A stretch of DNA of 63,560 bases, filler included, from Chiloscyllium plagiosum (taxonomy: Eukaryota): the NCBI RefSeq assembly GCF_004010195.1. It is 4 parts of one record of this genome, joined end to end, with 100 filler letters (N's around TTAATTAATTAA, not from the genome) between each part and the next. Parts side by side here need not be neighbours in the genome. Positions count along the whole stretch, not along the records: positions 1 to 19,205 come from NC_057717.1; positions 19,306 to 39,626 come from NC_057717.1; 2 more parts are not named here. One strand, written 5' to 3'. Made by a program: the position numbers and the translations under genes. Positions 14,231-25,200 of this stretch are shown here, one piece after another. Position 1 is the first letter of the stretch; every line of letters starts with the position of its first letter. A model generated the notes under the pieces. That model was not told where the DNA came from. It saw nothing but the letters and a program-made list of their open reading frames with translations, and ran no database searches.

Positions 14231-14759
14231 CAATTTCCAACGACATATTGTCAAAGATGCCCAAACATCCTGTCCAACATGGAGTGCTGTACACTGGGAA
14301 CTGAACAGTAACGCATGGTGACAAGTTCCTTGACTCTGAAACTGCATAAGGCTGACATCACTGAAACTGCAGAGCTCTGAATCATGGTCAGGGAGAAAAA
14401 CAGAGGAAAACACTTTCACTTCAAACACAGAAGATGGCATTACTGAAAGGAAAAGATTCAGATTAGTAACTTAAATGGATATTGTTTATGTAACAAATTG
14501 GAGGCGTCACACAACGAAAAACTTCCAGCAGAATGAGAATTTGAAAATGGAAGTATTTCGGCATCAGAAACCAGAGTAGGCCACTGAGTACAGGGCTGAT
14601 AGGTGAATGGGTCTCGGTGTGAACTGTGGCCAGTCAGTAGAATTGAATTGTAGATATTGCAGCTAAAACTGGGTTATCATCTGATGCTGTAGATTTCAAT
14701 TAAAATCTGTAACTTTTCCCCCAGGATAGTCCATCCATCTACCATTTCCATCAAGCCGA

Positions 14760-15540
14760 TCCATGGGTCAGTGACGAGTGTGGGTGAACATGGTCGGGTC
14801 GGAATGACGTGCACCTAAACCTGACGACAGCCCATTAAAGCTACTGCACTTGACTGGTTCCACTACAAACAACAGGACTAACATCTGATACAGAGAGAGA
14901 GATGATCCCAAGACTAACAAATCAGATATAAACTCTCTCGTCCTGTCAAATCCGTGCATAAAAGTCGATGGACCATTAAACAACTTACTGGAGGAGAGGA
15001 CACCACAAATATCCCCATCCTAAATAATGGAACAGCCCTGTACATCCATGTAAAAGATGCAGTATCTGCGCTATCCTCAGCCAGAAGTGTTGAGTCGATT
15101 ACCCACCTCACCCTCAATATGATACCCTCAGAATCACAGATGCCCGTCTTCAACCAATTCAATTCACTGCACGTGACATGAAGCAACAGCTGGACACTGT
15201 AGATACGACAAAGGCAATTGGCCCTGACACCATTCCTGCAATAGGACTGAGGACTTTTGTTACACAACAAGCCGTGTACCTAAGGAAGCTGTTTCATTCC
15301 TGCTCCAACTCTAACATCTCCCTAGCAATGTGGGTAATTAGCAACTGCAGTCCTCACTTTCTCCTAATGTGGGTAATTACTCAACTATGTCCCATCCCCT
15401 AAGAAGGGAATAATTACAATCTGACCAATTACCACGCCCACAGTCGCATCACGATAGTCAAATTGGTTGGGTTTATTTTTGACAGAGCTGTCAAACAGCA
15501 CAGAAATAACCAGCTCAATGTGGTTTCCGATAGGCCCCCA
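14760..15540 (+). mobile_element. old non-LTR retrotransposon ORF2 fragment (counterpart about 25300-26080)
   Basis: WTIKQLTGG..NIPIL..DTTKAIGPDTIPA pre-RT motif. Confidence 0.65.
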
Positions 15541-15544
15541 TGTG

Positions 15545-15850
15545 GAGATGGTGCTGTTGTGGAATTGTCATTGGATTGCTAATCTAGACCAAGATAATTC
15601 TCTGGCAACTGGTGCAAGTTAAAAACAATTAATAAAATATCGAAATTAATATCTGGTGTCAGTAATACTGATCTTGTGTTCAATGTTGATTATAGACGCC
15701 GATCTCCTTCCCCAGTATACGTTCAGGAACTGAATCTCCCGTGCTTTCCTGGTCGGGCCTAAAAGTGACTCCAGATACACAGACATGTGATATACTCTTC
15801 AATGGTCTCTGAAACGGCCAAGCAAAACACTCAATTGTATCAAAATGCTG
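15545..15850 (+). mobile_element. old SINE of a second family (related copy 44430-44690)
   Basis: Shares gtgactccagac and neighbouring motifs with 44430-44690. Confidence 0.5.
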
Positions 15851-16199
15851 CGAGATCTTAAAGGATAAACCCAGAGAGAACACCCGGCACCAGCCTCGTT
15901 ATCGGAAAAGGGAACGGGAACACAATCTGTCCACCCTGCAGAGGCCTTCTTCCTAACAGCTGAGAGCTTGTGACAACATTTACAGAGCTTTCTCACACAC
16001 TGCACAGAAGCATCGGGAAAGGAATACGTCATACAACTCATTGAGCTTTCCCCATTCTAGTTAATGGCCGAACATCTCCTCAACGCAGTTTTCCCTTTAT
16101 AATGTACATATCCCTTAATATGCTTAAACGTTGTGAAACATAAAATGAGAACTGTTGTAGTCCATTCAGCCCATCAGTTTTGCGCCTCCATTCTATGTA

Positions 16200-16827
16200 C
16201 AGGCAGTTCACCGATAACGCGTGTTGATTAAATACAATTCGGCTGCAATGCAATTAATGAACCTTTTTCTATAAATTGAACTCGTATTCACTGAGACGCG
16301 ATTCCTTGCCGGGCACCAGCTGAACAGCAAACATTGCCTCAGGATCCCTCTGCCTACAAAAGGTACAATCAATGTGTTCAGCAAACACAGGAATGCAATC
16401 GACTCTGCAAGCCTTGAAACTGAGCCTGAAACTGGGAATTGTAGTCTATATTTAGAAACAACTTTATTTCAAACTGTGGGGAGAATCTTGGGGAGAACTG
16501 GAATTCTCCATCGGCATCACGTGGTCAGTCAGTACCCGCGCACTTTCTGGTGAAGATTGTGGTGAATGGTACAGTGCTCCAGTGAGTGACTGTAGTGTGA
16601 AAGCGTTACATTTACAGCACTGTTCCATTACGACATGTAATTGAAAGATTTATTTAGACTGTCCTATTGTGTGTTAGACCAAAGTTAATTTTTGGTTTTT
16701 ACTGATAGTTTTCGGGGTTCGGCACTTACCCTCTTTTATCCATAGACCCCATTATTAATATTGCACGATTTCCTACAACACAGTGTTGCACAGGATCACA
16801 GTTACTGCGCTATTGGAGAACAACTTG
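16200..16827. mobile_element. putative Tigger/pogo-like MITE (counterpart 24011-24639)
   Basis: TA followed by CAGGCAGTTCACCGATAACGCG; imperfect inverted end gcgctattggagaacaacttg. Confidence 0.5.
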
Positions 16828-16849
16828 GAATGATATTTGATTTTCTATC

Positions 16850-17896
16850 TTCACACCATACTCCTGCTCTCTCCCTATCCCTTTAGTTTCCAGAAAGCCT
16901 TATTTATATTCAGCCCCTTGACTTCCACAGCCTGATCTGGGAGAGAGTACCCCTGGTACGCCAGTCTCTGAGTGCAGGCATTTATTCTCATCTCAATGCA
17001 AAGTGGCCTGTCTGTACCTAATATTGTGGCCCCTTGTTTTAGACGTCCCAGCCAGGGGAATTACCATCCCTGCTTCTAAACTGTCTCGCCCTGTCAGAGT
17101 GTTATATATTTCACTGAGATTTCCACTCATTTTCCTAAACCCCATGGAATCCAGGTCCAGTCTCCCCAAAGTCTGCTCCCACAACAAGTCTGCCATCCCA
17201 GAGATCAGTCTGGTCATCCTTTCCTGCTCTCCCTCAATGTCAGTTTTGTCCTCTGTTAGGAAAACAGACCAAAACTGCACACAATACTGCACAATGTTCA
17301 AGATGGGGGTCTCACCAAGGCCCTGTACAGCTACATAAGATACACTTACTCCTGTACTCAAATTCCCCTGAAATGAAAGTGAATACAACATTTATCTTCC
17401 TACCGGCTTTCTGCTCCTGCAATATTGCTTTCAGTGAGTGGTCTACAGGGAGATCCAGATTCCTTTCAAAGTTACAGTTCTCCACTTGCTGGGCCTATAT
17501 ACAATAGTCAGCGTGCCAATGCCATTCCCAGTATTGACTTCTGGCTTCAGAACTCACTGCCCTACATGGACTCGGAGGGTTATGCAGAAATGAACAAAAA
17601 TGCAGTTTAAGATCATTTATAGAGCAACATTTTTCAACCACTCCTTTTTCAAATGAGAAGCCGCCATTCTATTGTTCCCATCAAAGTACACAACATTTCA
17701 TCTCCCTCATTACACTCCATCTGCCACGTATTTGCCCAGTCACTCCACTTGTCTCAATCACCTTGGAACGTTTTTACATCCTCCTCATCCACTCACAAGC
17801 TGACATCGTTTAGTGCTGTCAGCAGACTTGGGAATACTGCATTTGCGCTCCACACCCAAAGATATGATGTGTATTGGGAATAGCTGGAGCCCAAGC
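16850..17896 (-). mobile_element. old CR1-type LINE 3' part (counterpart about 22960-23990)
   Basis: QYCVQFWS, MTRLISGM, KTRGHN. Confidence 0.75.
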
Positions 17897-18396
17897 NNNN
17901 NNNNNNNNNNNNNNNNNNNNNNNNNNNNNNNNNNNNNNNNNNNNNNNNNNNNNNNNNNNNNNNNNNNNNNNNNNNNNNNNNNNNNNNNNNNNNNNNNNNN
18001 NNNNNNNNNNNNNNNNNNNNNNNNNNNNNNNNNNNNNNNNNNNNNNNNNNNNNNNNNNNNNNNNNNNNNNNNNNNNNNNNNNNNNNNNNNNNNNNNNNNN
18101 NNNNNNNNNNNNNNNNNNNNNNNNNNNNNNNNNNNNNNNNNNNNNNNNNNNNNNNNNNNNNNNNNNNNNNNNNNNNNNNNNNNNNNNNNNNNNNNNNNNN
18201 NNNNNNNNNNNNNNNNNNNNNNNNNNNNNNNNNNNNNNNNNNNNNNNNNNNNNNNNNNNNNNNNNNNNNNNNNNNNNNNNNNNNNNNNNNNNNNNNNNNN
18301 NNNNNNNNNNNNNNNNNNNNNNNNNNNNNNNNNNNNNNNNNNNNNNNNNNNNNNNNNNNNNNNNNNNNNNNNNNNNNNNNNNNNNNNNNNNNNNNN
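17897..18396. other. assembly gap (500 N)
   Basis: N run. Confidence 1.
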
Positions 18397-19205
18397 CCGA
18401 CACAGATGCTGTAACAACAGTCACCATGATTCATCCAGAGGGATGGGTCTAACCAGATGAGTCAGGATTTGAAGAGTCCAATCACAAGAATAAAACACAA
18501 AATAAAGGCATAGCCAGATGTTTAGTTCTCTCACATTCGCAATCTAACTCACATAACCATCCCATCCATTACATATACACAGGATGGAGCACTGTGTAGA
18601 TCCGGCTAGTGTACTGCTGAATGCAACCCAGCTATGTGCAGAGTGAAACTCTGTGCAGCTCACACCAATGTTGGTTCTATAATCCTGGGCTAAATGTCCA
18701 ACGTGGGGAGCTGTGCAGTCCGCACTGGTTCATTCATATATAAACCCAGGCTGTTGCATTGTTCGGTAACACTGTGTTAGATCACTGCCCAGTGTGGGAA
18801 AACTTGCAGCCAATGTTGGAACTGACAGGATGTGCAGCTCCCATCCATTTACAGCTCCATATCTCCACTGTGCCTTGACAAGGGATGCTGCGAATGTGAA
18901 AGTCACTGCGAGGAAGAGATGTAAATGGAAACAATTTAAATACCAATAGTTCTGATTAAGGCGAGTATCACTCTAGAATTTGAAGTTGAAATAACTGAGA
19001 TAATATCCAATGAGATTTTGTAAATGATACAAACAAGTAAGAGCGGGTGGAAATGTTATAGTGGTTGCATTATAAGCCTTCAAATAATCAATGGGAACTA
19101 TACGAACAAATATGCAGGGAGACTGGCGAGACTTGCAGGAGCAATAGGGTTATCATTATAGGTGATTTTAATTATCCTAACATAGACTGGGACTTCCAGA
19201 GGGTT

Positions 19206-19305
19206 NNNNNNNNNNNNNNNNNNNNNNNNNNNNNNNNNNNNNNNNNNNNTTAATTAATTAANNNNNNNNNNNNNNNNNNNNNNNNNNNNNNNNNNNNNNN
19301 NNNNN
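19206..19305. other. artificial contig linker N44-TTAATTAATTAA-N44
   Basis: Exactly 100 bp; 12-mer has stops in all six frames; identical at 39627 and 54879. Confidence 0.9.
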
Positions 19306-19462
19306 CAATGATGATTAACATAACAAATTAAAGAATAACTTAATTACAGGAAGTGACTTCAAAAGAATTCCAAACATTGTGGAATCCTGAGAATTCTCAG
19401 AAAATTGCAATCCAGAAAAGGAGGGCCATGAAATTGATCAGGAAATCGAAAAGCGAACATGC

Positions 19463-19718
19463 ATGCAAACAAACAGGAACACAAAGACTGCAAAAATCTA
19501 TGATCTATATTTCAAAAGAAAAAAAAAACATAGTCAAATGTGGGAATTTGCAATCGGGAGAGACGAGTTTATGGTGGATAACAGGGAAATATGCAAACAA
19601 ACAGGAACACAAAGACTGCAAAAATCTATGATCTATATTTCAAAAGAAAAAAAAAACATAGTCAAATGTGGGAATTTGCAATCGGGAGAGACGAGTTTAT
19701 GGTGGATAACAGGGAAAT
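19463..19718. repeat. 128-bp perfect tandem duplication
   Basis: 19463-19590 reads identical to 19591-19718. Confidence 0.9.
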
Positions 19719-21033
19719 GGCAAAGCAAATGACCAGTTACTTTCCATCTGTCTTAGCGGAGTAGGATCCAGAAAATCACCCAGAAATACGAAGTGATCGT
19801 AGAGGACATGTGGAAGTAAAGATATAAAGTCAATTCATATCAGTAACTAGGCAATATTGAAATGCAGCTGGGTTGAGTATTGTTAAGCTTGACAAACCAG
19901 ATGTACTTCATACCAAAATCTTCAGAAATAAATCACAAATAGAAGTATTGATTGCATTGTCGATGACTGCGTTCTATTTTCCCGTACATTCTGGAAGCTG
20001 GTGTAGATAATTGCATATTAGTAAACATGATCCAAGCACTATGAATAAATGGTAGGGATCCAAGCATCTACAAAGGGAAGAAGAAATAGCGTGGAGAACT
20101 GCTGACCAATTAACTTGACATTTGTCGGGAAACTGTTGGAATATATTATATAGGATGTGATATTGGATATTTAGACGTTAACAGCAAACTTTGAGAGACT
20201 CAGTATGCATTTCTGAAAGAGAAATCATACTTGACAAACTTTGGAATTGTTTGAAGTTGATTCTTACAGCATAGATAATGGGGAACCAGTAGAATTGGCA
20301 TATTTTAGAGTATCAGAAGGCTTTCTATAAGAACTCACACAATGAGTTCGTAAATGAAATGATGTGAAGGGTATTTGGAGGACTATATGAAAGTGGAAAG
20401 TTAAAGTTTGGTTTGCCTTCCTTAAAGGGAGTCAGAATATAGATGTGAAGGCATGTTGAAGCAGTTTCACAGAGTGTTGGTGAGACTGTACCTGGAATAT
20501 TGAGAACAGTTTTGGTTATCAAATCTAAGAAAGAATATACTGACCACAGAGGAAGTGTAATGGACATTATCCAGATAAATCCCTCTGATGACGAGATTGC
20601 GTGATGAGGAAACTCGGCCTATGTTCTCTCGAGTTTCAAAGACTCAGCGGTGGGTCACTGTGAACTTTATTAAAGTCACAAAACATATGGCAAGTTAGAA
20701 ATTAACAGAAAATTTATCAGGCTGTCTAATCCTGATAAGGGACAAACTAGTTAAGACTGTAATAAGGAGGAAATTCTGCGCGTGGAGGGGAATGACTAAC
20801 ACAAGGGGAAGGCAGGACAAAATTAGGAAAATCCCCAGATAACCTACAAGTGTGTCAAGCGGAACAGAATAACCAGTGAACACGTAGGACTCATGAGTGA
20901 CTTGCCAAGTTGCATCTAAATCAACTTTAATAGTACGAGAAAGAGGGCAGCGGAAGAAGGCTGTTTGTGTGACTGGAGGCTAATGTCCAATGATGTACCA
21001 CGGGCATCAGTGCTGGGTCCCTAATTATTTGTG

Positions 21034-21195
21034 ATTCGGAGGTGCTAGTGTTCGGCTGCGGTGGACAAATCTAAAAATAGCATAACACCAGACCATAGTC
21101 TAACAGTTTTATTCGGCAGCACTTGCTTTCGGAACCGCTGCTTCTTCATCATCGTGCACAACCACGTGATATAACTGATGTTGAGAGATTTTTAA
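21034..21195 (-). mobile_element. Penelope-type pLTR fragment (third family) inserted in CR1
   Basis: Minus strand atgatgaagaagcagcggttccgaaagc (eroded hammerhead core); 14-bp TSD cct(a/t)attatttgtg at 21020-21033 and 21196-21209. Confidence 0.6.
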
Positions 21196-22065
21196 CCTTA
21201 TTATTTGTGGTATTCATAAATGATGCAGCTGTGTATACGGACGAGGGGTGGAGTGTGCAATAAATAAGTTGGTATTTGATACAAAGATTGGCCGGCTGGT
21301 TGGCAGTGAGCAGGAAGGCCTTATGTTACAGGTAGATACTTATGGAATGGTCAGATGGGTGGCTCAATGGCAGATGGAATGTAACCCTGATAACTATGAG
21401 GTGATGCACTTTGGGAGAAGGAACCAGTCAGGGGAGTACTCAATGAATGGCAGCACACTAGAAAGCTCAGTGCGTGCTTCTCCACACATCGCTGAATGTG
21501 ACTGCACAGGTTAATACACAATCTGGGAAAGGCTAGGGGAATGTAAACATAGCCTTTTTTAATCGAGGCATAGCTTATAAGAACGATGCGGAACTTCGGT
21601 GAGGGCAAGATGGAATACTGTGTGTAGTTCTGGGAACAACATTACAGGAAGGATGTGATTGTACTGGAGAGAGTGCAGAGGGGATTCACCAGGATGTTCC
21701 CTGGGATGGAACATATCAGCTATGGAGACAGGCTGGATAAGCTTGGGATGTTTAGTTTGGAGGAGAGAAGGCTAAGAGGTCTGTGATTCACAAGGATAGG
21801 ATTACGAGGTACATGGACAGGTTGAATAGACAGCAGCTGTTGATTTTAGTCAAAGGGCCACACTTTTAAAGTGAAGGATTTGCAGTTTAGTGAAGATTTG
21901 AGAATTGGTTTTCAACCAGAGGGTGTTGGGGTCTGGGATGCACTTCTTGAGAGTGGAGTTGTCATGGTAACCTCAAACCATTAGAAACCACACGGTTGTG
22001 CACTTCAAATGCTTTAAGATTCACGGCTAAGGTCTTGTGTCGGAAAGTGGGCCTAATGTAGACTG

Positions 22066-22273
22066 AAAAAGTGAGGTCTGCAGATGCTGGAGATCAGAGC
22101 TGAAAATGTGTTGCTGGAAAAGCGCAGCAGGTCAGGCAGCATCCAGGGAACAGGAGAATCGACGTTTCGGGTACAGATTCCTGAAGAAGGGCTTGTGCCC
22201 GAAATGTCGATTCTCCTGTTCCCTGGATGCTGCCTGACCTGTTGCGCTTTTCCAGCAATACATTTTCAGCTCG
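22066..22273. mobile_element. fold-back Penelope pLTR mini-element with hammerhead motif (22177-22213, plus)
   Basis: Inverted arms of about 75 bp; TSD aatgtagactg at 22055-22065 and 22274-22284. Confidence 0.85.
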
Positions 22274-25200
22274 AATGTAGACTGTGCTGTATTTCTGGCA
22301 GTACAGAGACTTTGCTTCTGTGATTGTATGACTATGGAAGGTCAATCATTGAGTTGCTTAAAGTAGGAATTGATGGGTTTCTGAAGATTATCTTAACAAA
22401 GTTCATAAGAGAGAACTTACCATAATTTCTGGAAATATGTCAATGGCAAAATTAAGCAAAAAAAGTTGCAGATTTCTTACAGTCGAACACCAGATAATTG
22501 AGGACCGGGAAATAGCAGAACTATGGAGCACATACTTTAGTTATGCCTTCACAGAAGAAACCAAAACAAAATAGAAAACTTCCTAGCAATACTAGGGAAC
22601 TTTAGTCAGGTGAGAAAAAGGGAATAGACTGAAAATAGCAACTAAACAGTTTAGAGAAAGTATTGGACTGAAAATAATGTGCATAGACAAAGTCAACAGA
22701 GATTTATGAAATGGGAATCATATTTGAGAAAGTAGCTTTCAGTAAAATTATGTAGGAGGTATCAATGCCATGCGAGTGGATTATCAGAAAGATTTTTGAT
22801 AAAGCCCCAAGCCTATTGTGCAAATTCGAATCCTATGGGTCTCGGGCTAATATATGGGCATAGATTTAGAATGGGAGAGCTGGCAGGAAACAGTGAGTAG
22901 GAATAAAACAATGTTTTATTTTTAAATGGAAGGCTTGGAGGATATTGTAAGGGTCGTGTCTTGGGCTCCAGCTATTCCCAGCACATCATATCTTTGGGTG
23001 AGGGGCGGAAATGCAATATTCCCTAGTCTGCTGGCAGCAATAAACGATGTCAGCTTGTGAGTGGATGAGGAGGATGTAAAAAAGTTTCAAGGTGATTGAG
23101 ATAAGTGGAGTGACTGGGCAAATACGTGGCAGGTGGAGAGTAATGGGGGAGATGAGATGTTGTGTACTTTGATGGGAACAATGGACTGGCAGCCTCTCAG
23201 TTGAAAAAGGAGTGGTTGAAAAATGTTTCACTATAAATGAACTTAAGCTGCACTTTTGTTTATTTCTGCGTAGCCCTCCGAGTCCATGTAGGGCAGTGAG
23301 TTCTGAAGCCAGAAGTCAATACTGGGAATGGCATTGGCACGCTGACTATTGTATATAGACCCAGCACGTTGGGAACTGTAACTTTGAAAGGAATCTGCAT
23401 CTCCCTGTAGACCGTCACTGAAAGCAATATTGCAGGAGCAGAAAGCAGGTAGGCAGATAAATGCTGTATTCACCTTCATTTCAGGGGAATTTGAGTACAG
23501 GAGTAAATGTATCTTACTGCAGCTGTACAGGGCCTTGGTGAGACCTCATCTCGAACATTGTGCAGTATTGTGTGCAGTTTTGGTCTCTTTTCCTAACAGA
23601 GGACAAACCTGACATTGAGGGAGAGCAGCAAAGGATGACCAGACTGATCTCTGGGATGACAGACTTGTTGTGGCGACTTGATCTGTATTCCATGGGGTTT
23701 AGGAAAATGAGTGGAAATCTCAGTGAAAGATATAACACTCTGACAGGGTGAGACAGATTAGAAACAGGGATGGTATTTCCCCTGGCTGGGACTTCTAAAA
23801 CAAGGGGCCACAATATTAGGTACAGACAGGCCACTTTGCATTGACATGAGAATAAATGCCTGCACTCGGAGACTGGTGAACCAGGGATACTCTCTCCCAG
23901 CTCGGGATGTGTAAGTCAAGGGGCTGAATATAAATAAGGATTTCTGGTAACTAAACTGATAGGGAGAGAGCAGGAGTATGGTGTGAAGATAGAAAAATCA
24001 GCTATCAGTCCAGGTTGTTCTCCAATAAGGCAATAACTGTGTTCCTGTGCAACACAGTATTGTACAAAATCGTGCAATGCTAATAATGTGGTCTATGGAA
24101 AAAAGCGGGTAAGTGACGAACCCCCCAATAAAATCAGTAAAAACCAAAAATTAAATTTGGTCTAACACACAATAGGACAGTCGAAATAAATCTTTAAATT
24201 ACATGTTGTAATGGAACAGTTCAGTAAATGTAACGCTTTCACACGACAGTCACTCACTGGTGCACTGTACCTTTCACCACAATCTTCACCAGAAAGTGCG
24301 CGGGGGCTGACTGACCACGTGATGCCGATGGAGAATTCCAGTTCTCCCCAAGATTCTCCCCACAGTTTGAAATAAACTTGTTTCTAAATATAGACTACAA
24401 TTCCCAGTTTCAGGCTCAGTTTCAAGGCCTGCAGAGTCGGTTGCATTCCTGTTTTTGCTGAACACATTGAATGTACCTATTGTAGACAGAGGGATCCTGA
24501 GGCAAGGTTTGCTGTTCAGCTGGTGCCCGCCAAGGAATCGCGTCACATTGAACGCCAGTTCACTTTATAGAAAAAGGTTAATTAATTGCATTGCAGCCGA
24601 ATTGTATTTAATCAAAACGCGTTATCAGTGAACTGCCTGTCCATAGAATGGAGGCGCAAAACTGTTGGGCTGAATGGAGTACAGCAGTTCTCATTTTATG
24701 TTTCACAATGTTTAAACATATTAAGGGATATGTATATTGTATGGGGAAAACTGCGTTGAGGAGATGTTTGACCATTAACTAGAATAGGGAAAGCTCAATG
24801 AGTTGTATGACGTATTCCTTTCCCGATGCTTCTGTGCAGTGTGTGGGAACGCTCTGTAAATGTTGTCACAAGCTCTCAGCTGTTAGGAAGGAGGTCTCTG
24901 CAGGGTCGACAGGATTGTGTTTCCCATTCCCTTTTCTGATAACGAGGCTGGTGCCGGCTGTTCTCTCCGGATTTATCCTTTAACACCTCGGAGCAGTTTG
25001 ATACAATTGAGTGCCTTGCTTGCCTGTTTTAGAGACCATTGAAGAGTGTATCACATATCTGTTTATCTGGAGTCAATTTTAGGCCAGACCAGGAAAGCAT
25101 GGGGGATTCTCTTCCTGAACGTACACTGGGGAAGGAGATTGACATCTATAATCGACATTGAATACACGATCAGTATTACTGACACCAGGTATTAGATCTC

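Larger units (their letters stand above)
3045..17896. repeat. segmental duplication copy 1 (left arm, inverted relative to 22960-36850)
   Basis: Collinear reverse-complement match, e.g. 14761-14940 vs 25901-26080 with about 15 differences in 180 nt; ends at an N gap. Confidence 0.95.
19040..22060 (+). mobile_element. patchwork of old CR1 fragments (endonuclease, RT, 3' parts)
   Basis: VIIIGDFNYPNIDW; DTKIG...WQMECNPDNYEVMHFGRRN. Confidence 0.7.

Noticed and set aside
14210..14440. ORF shared with 26402-26656 as a gene
   Set aside because: Short, no recognisable domain; sharing is explained by the duplication
17785..18460. Long ORFs of 180-230 aa here and at 42709-43420 and 51222-51981
   Set aside because: They consist of N-gap translation
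18540..18870. Recurring tgtgcagc motifs as a CRISPR-like array
   Set aside because: Irregular spacing and poor identity; at most a decayed minisatellite in vertebrate DNA
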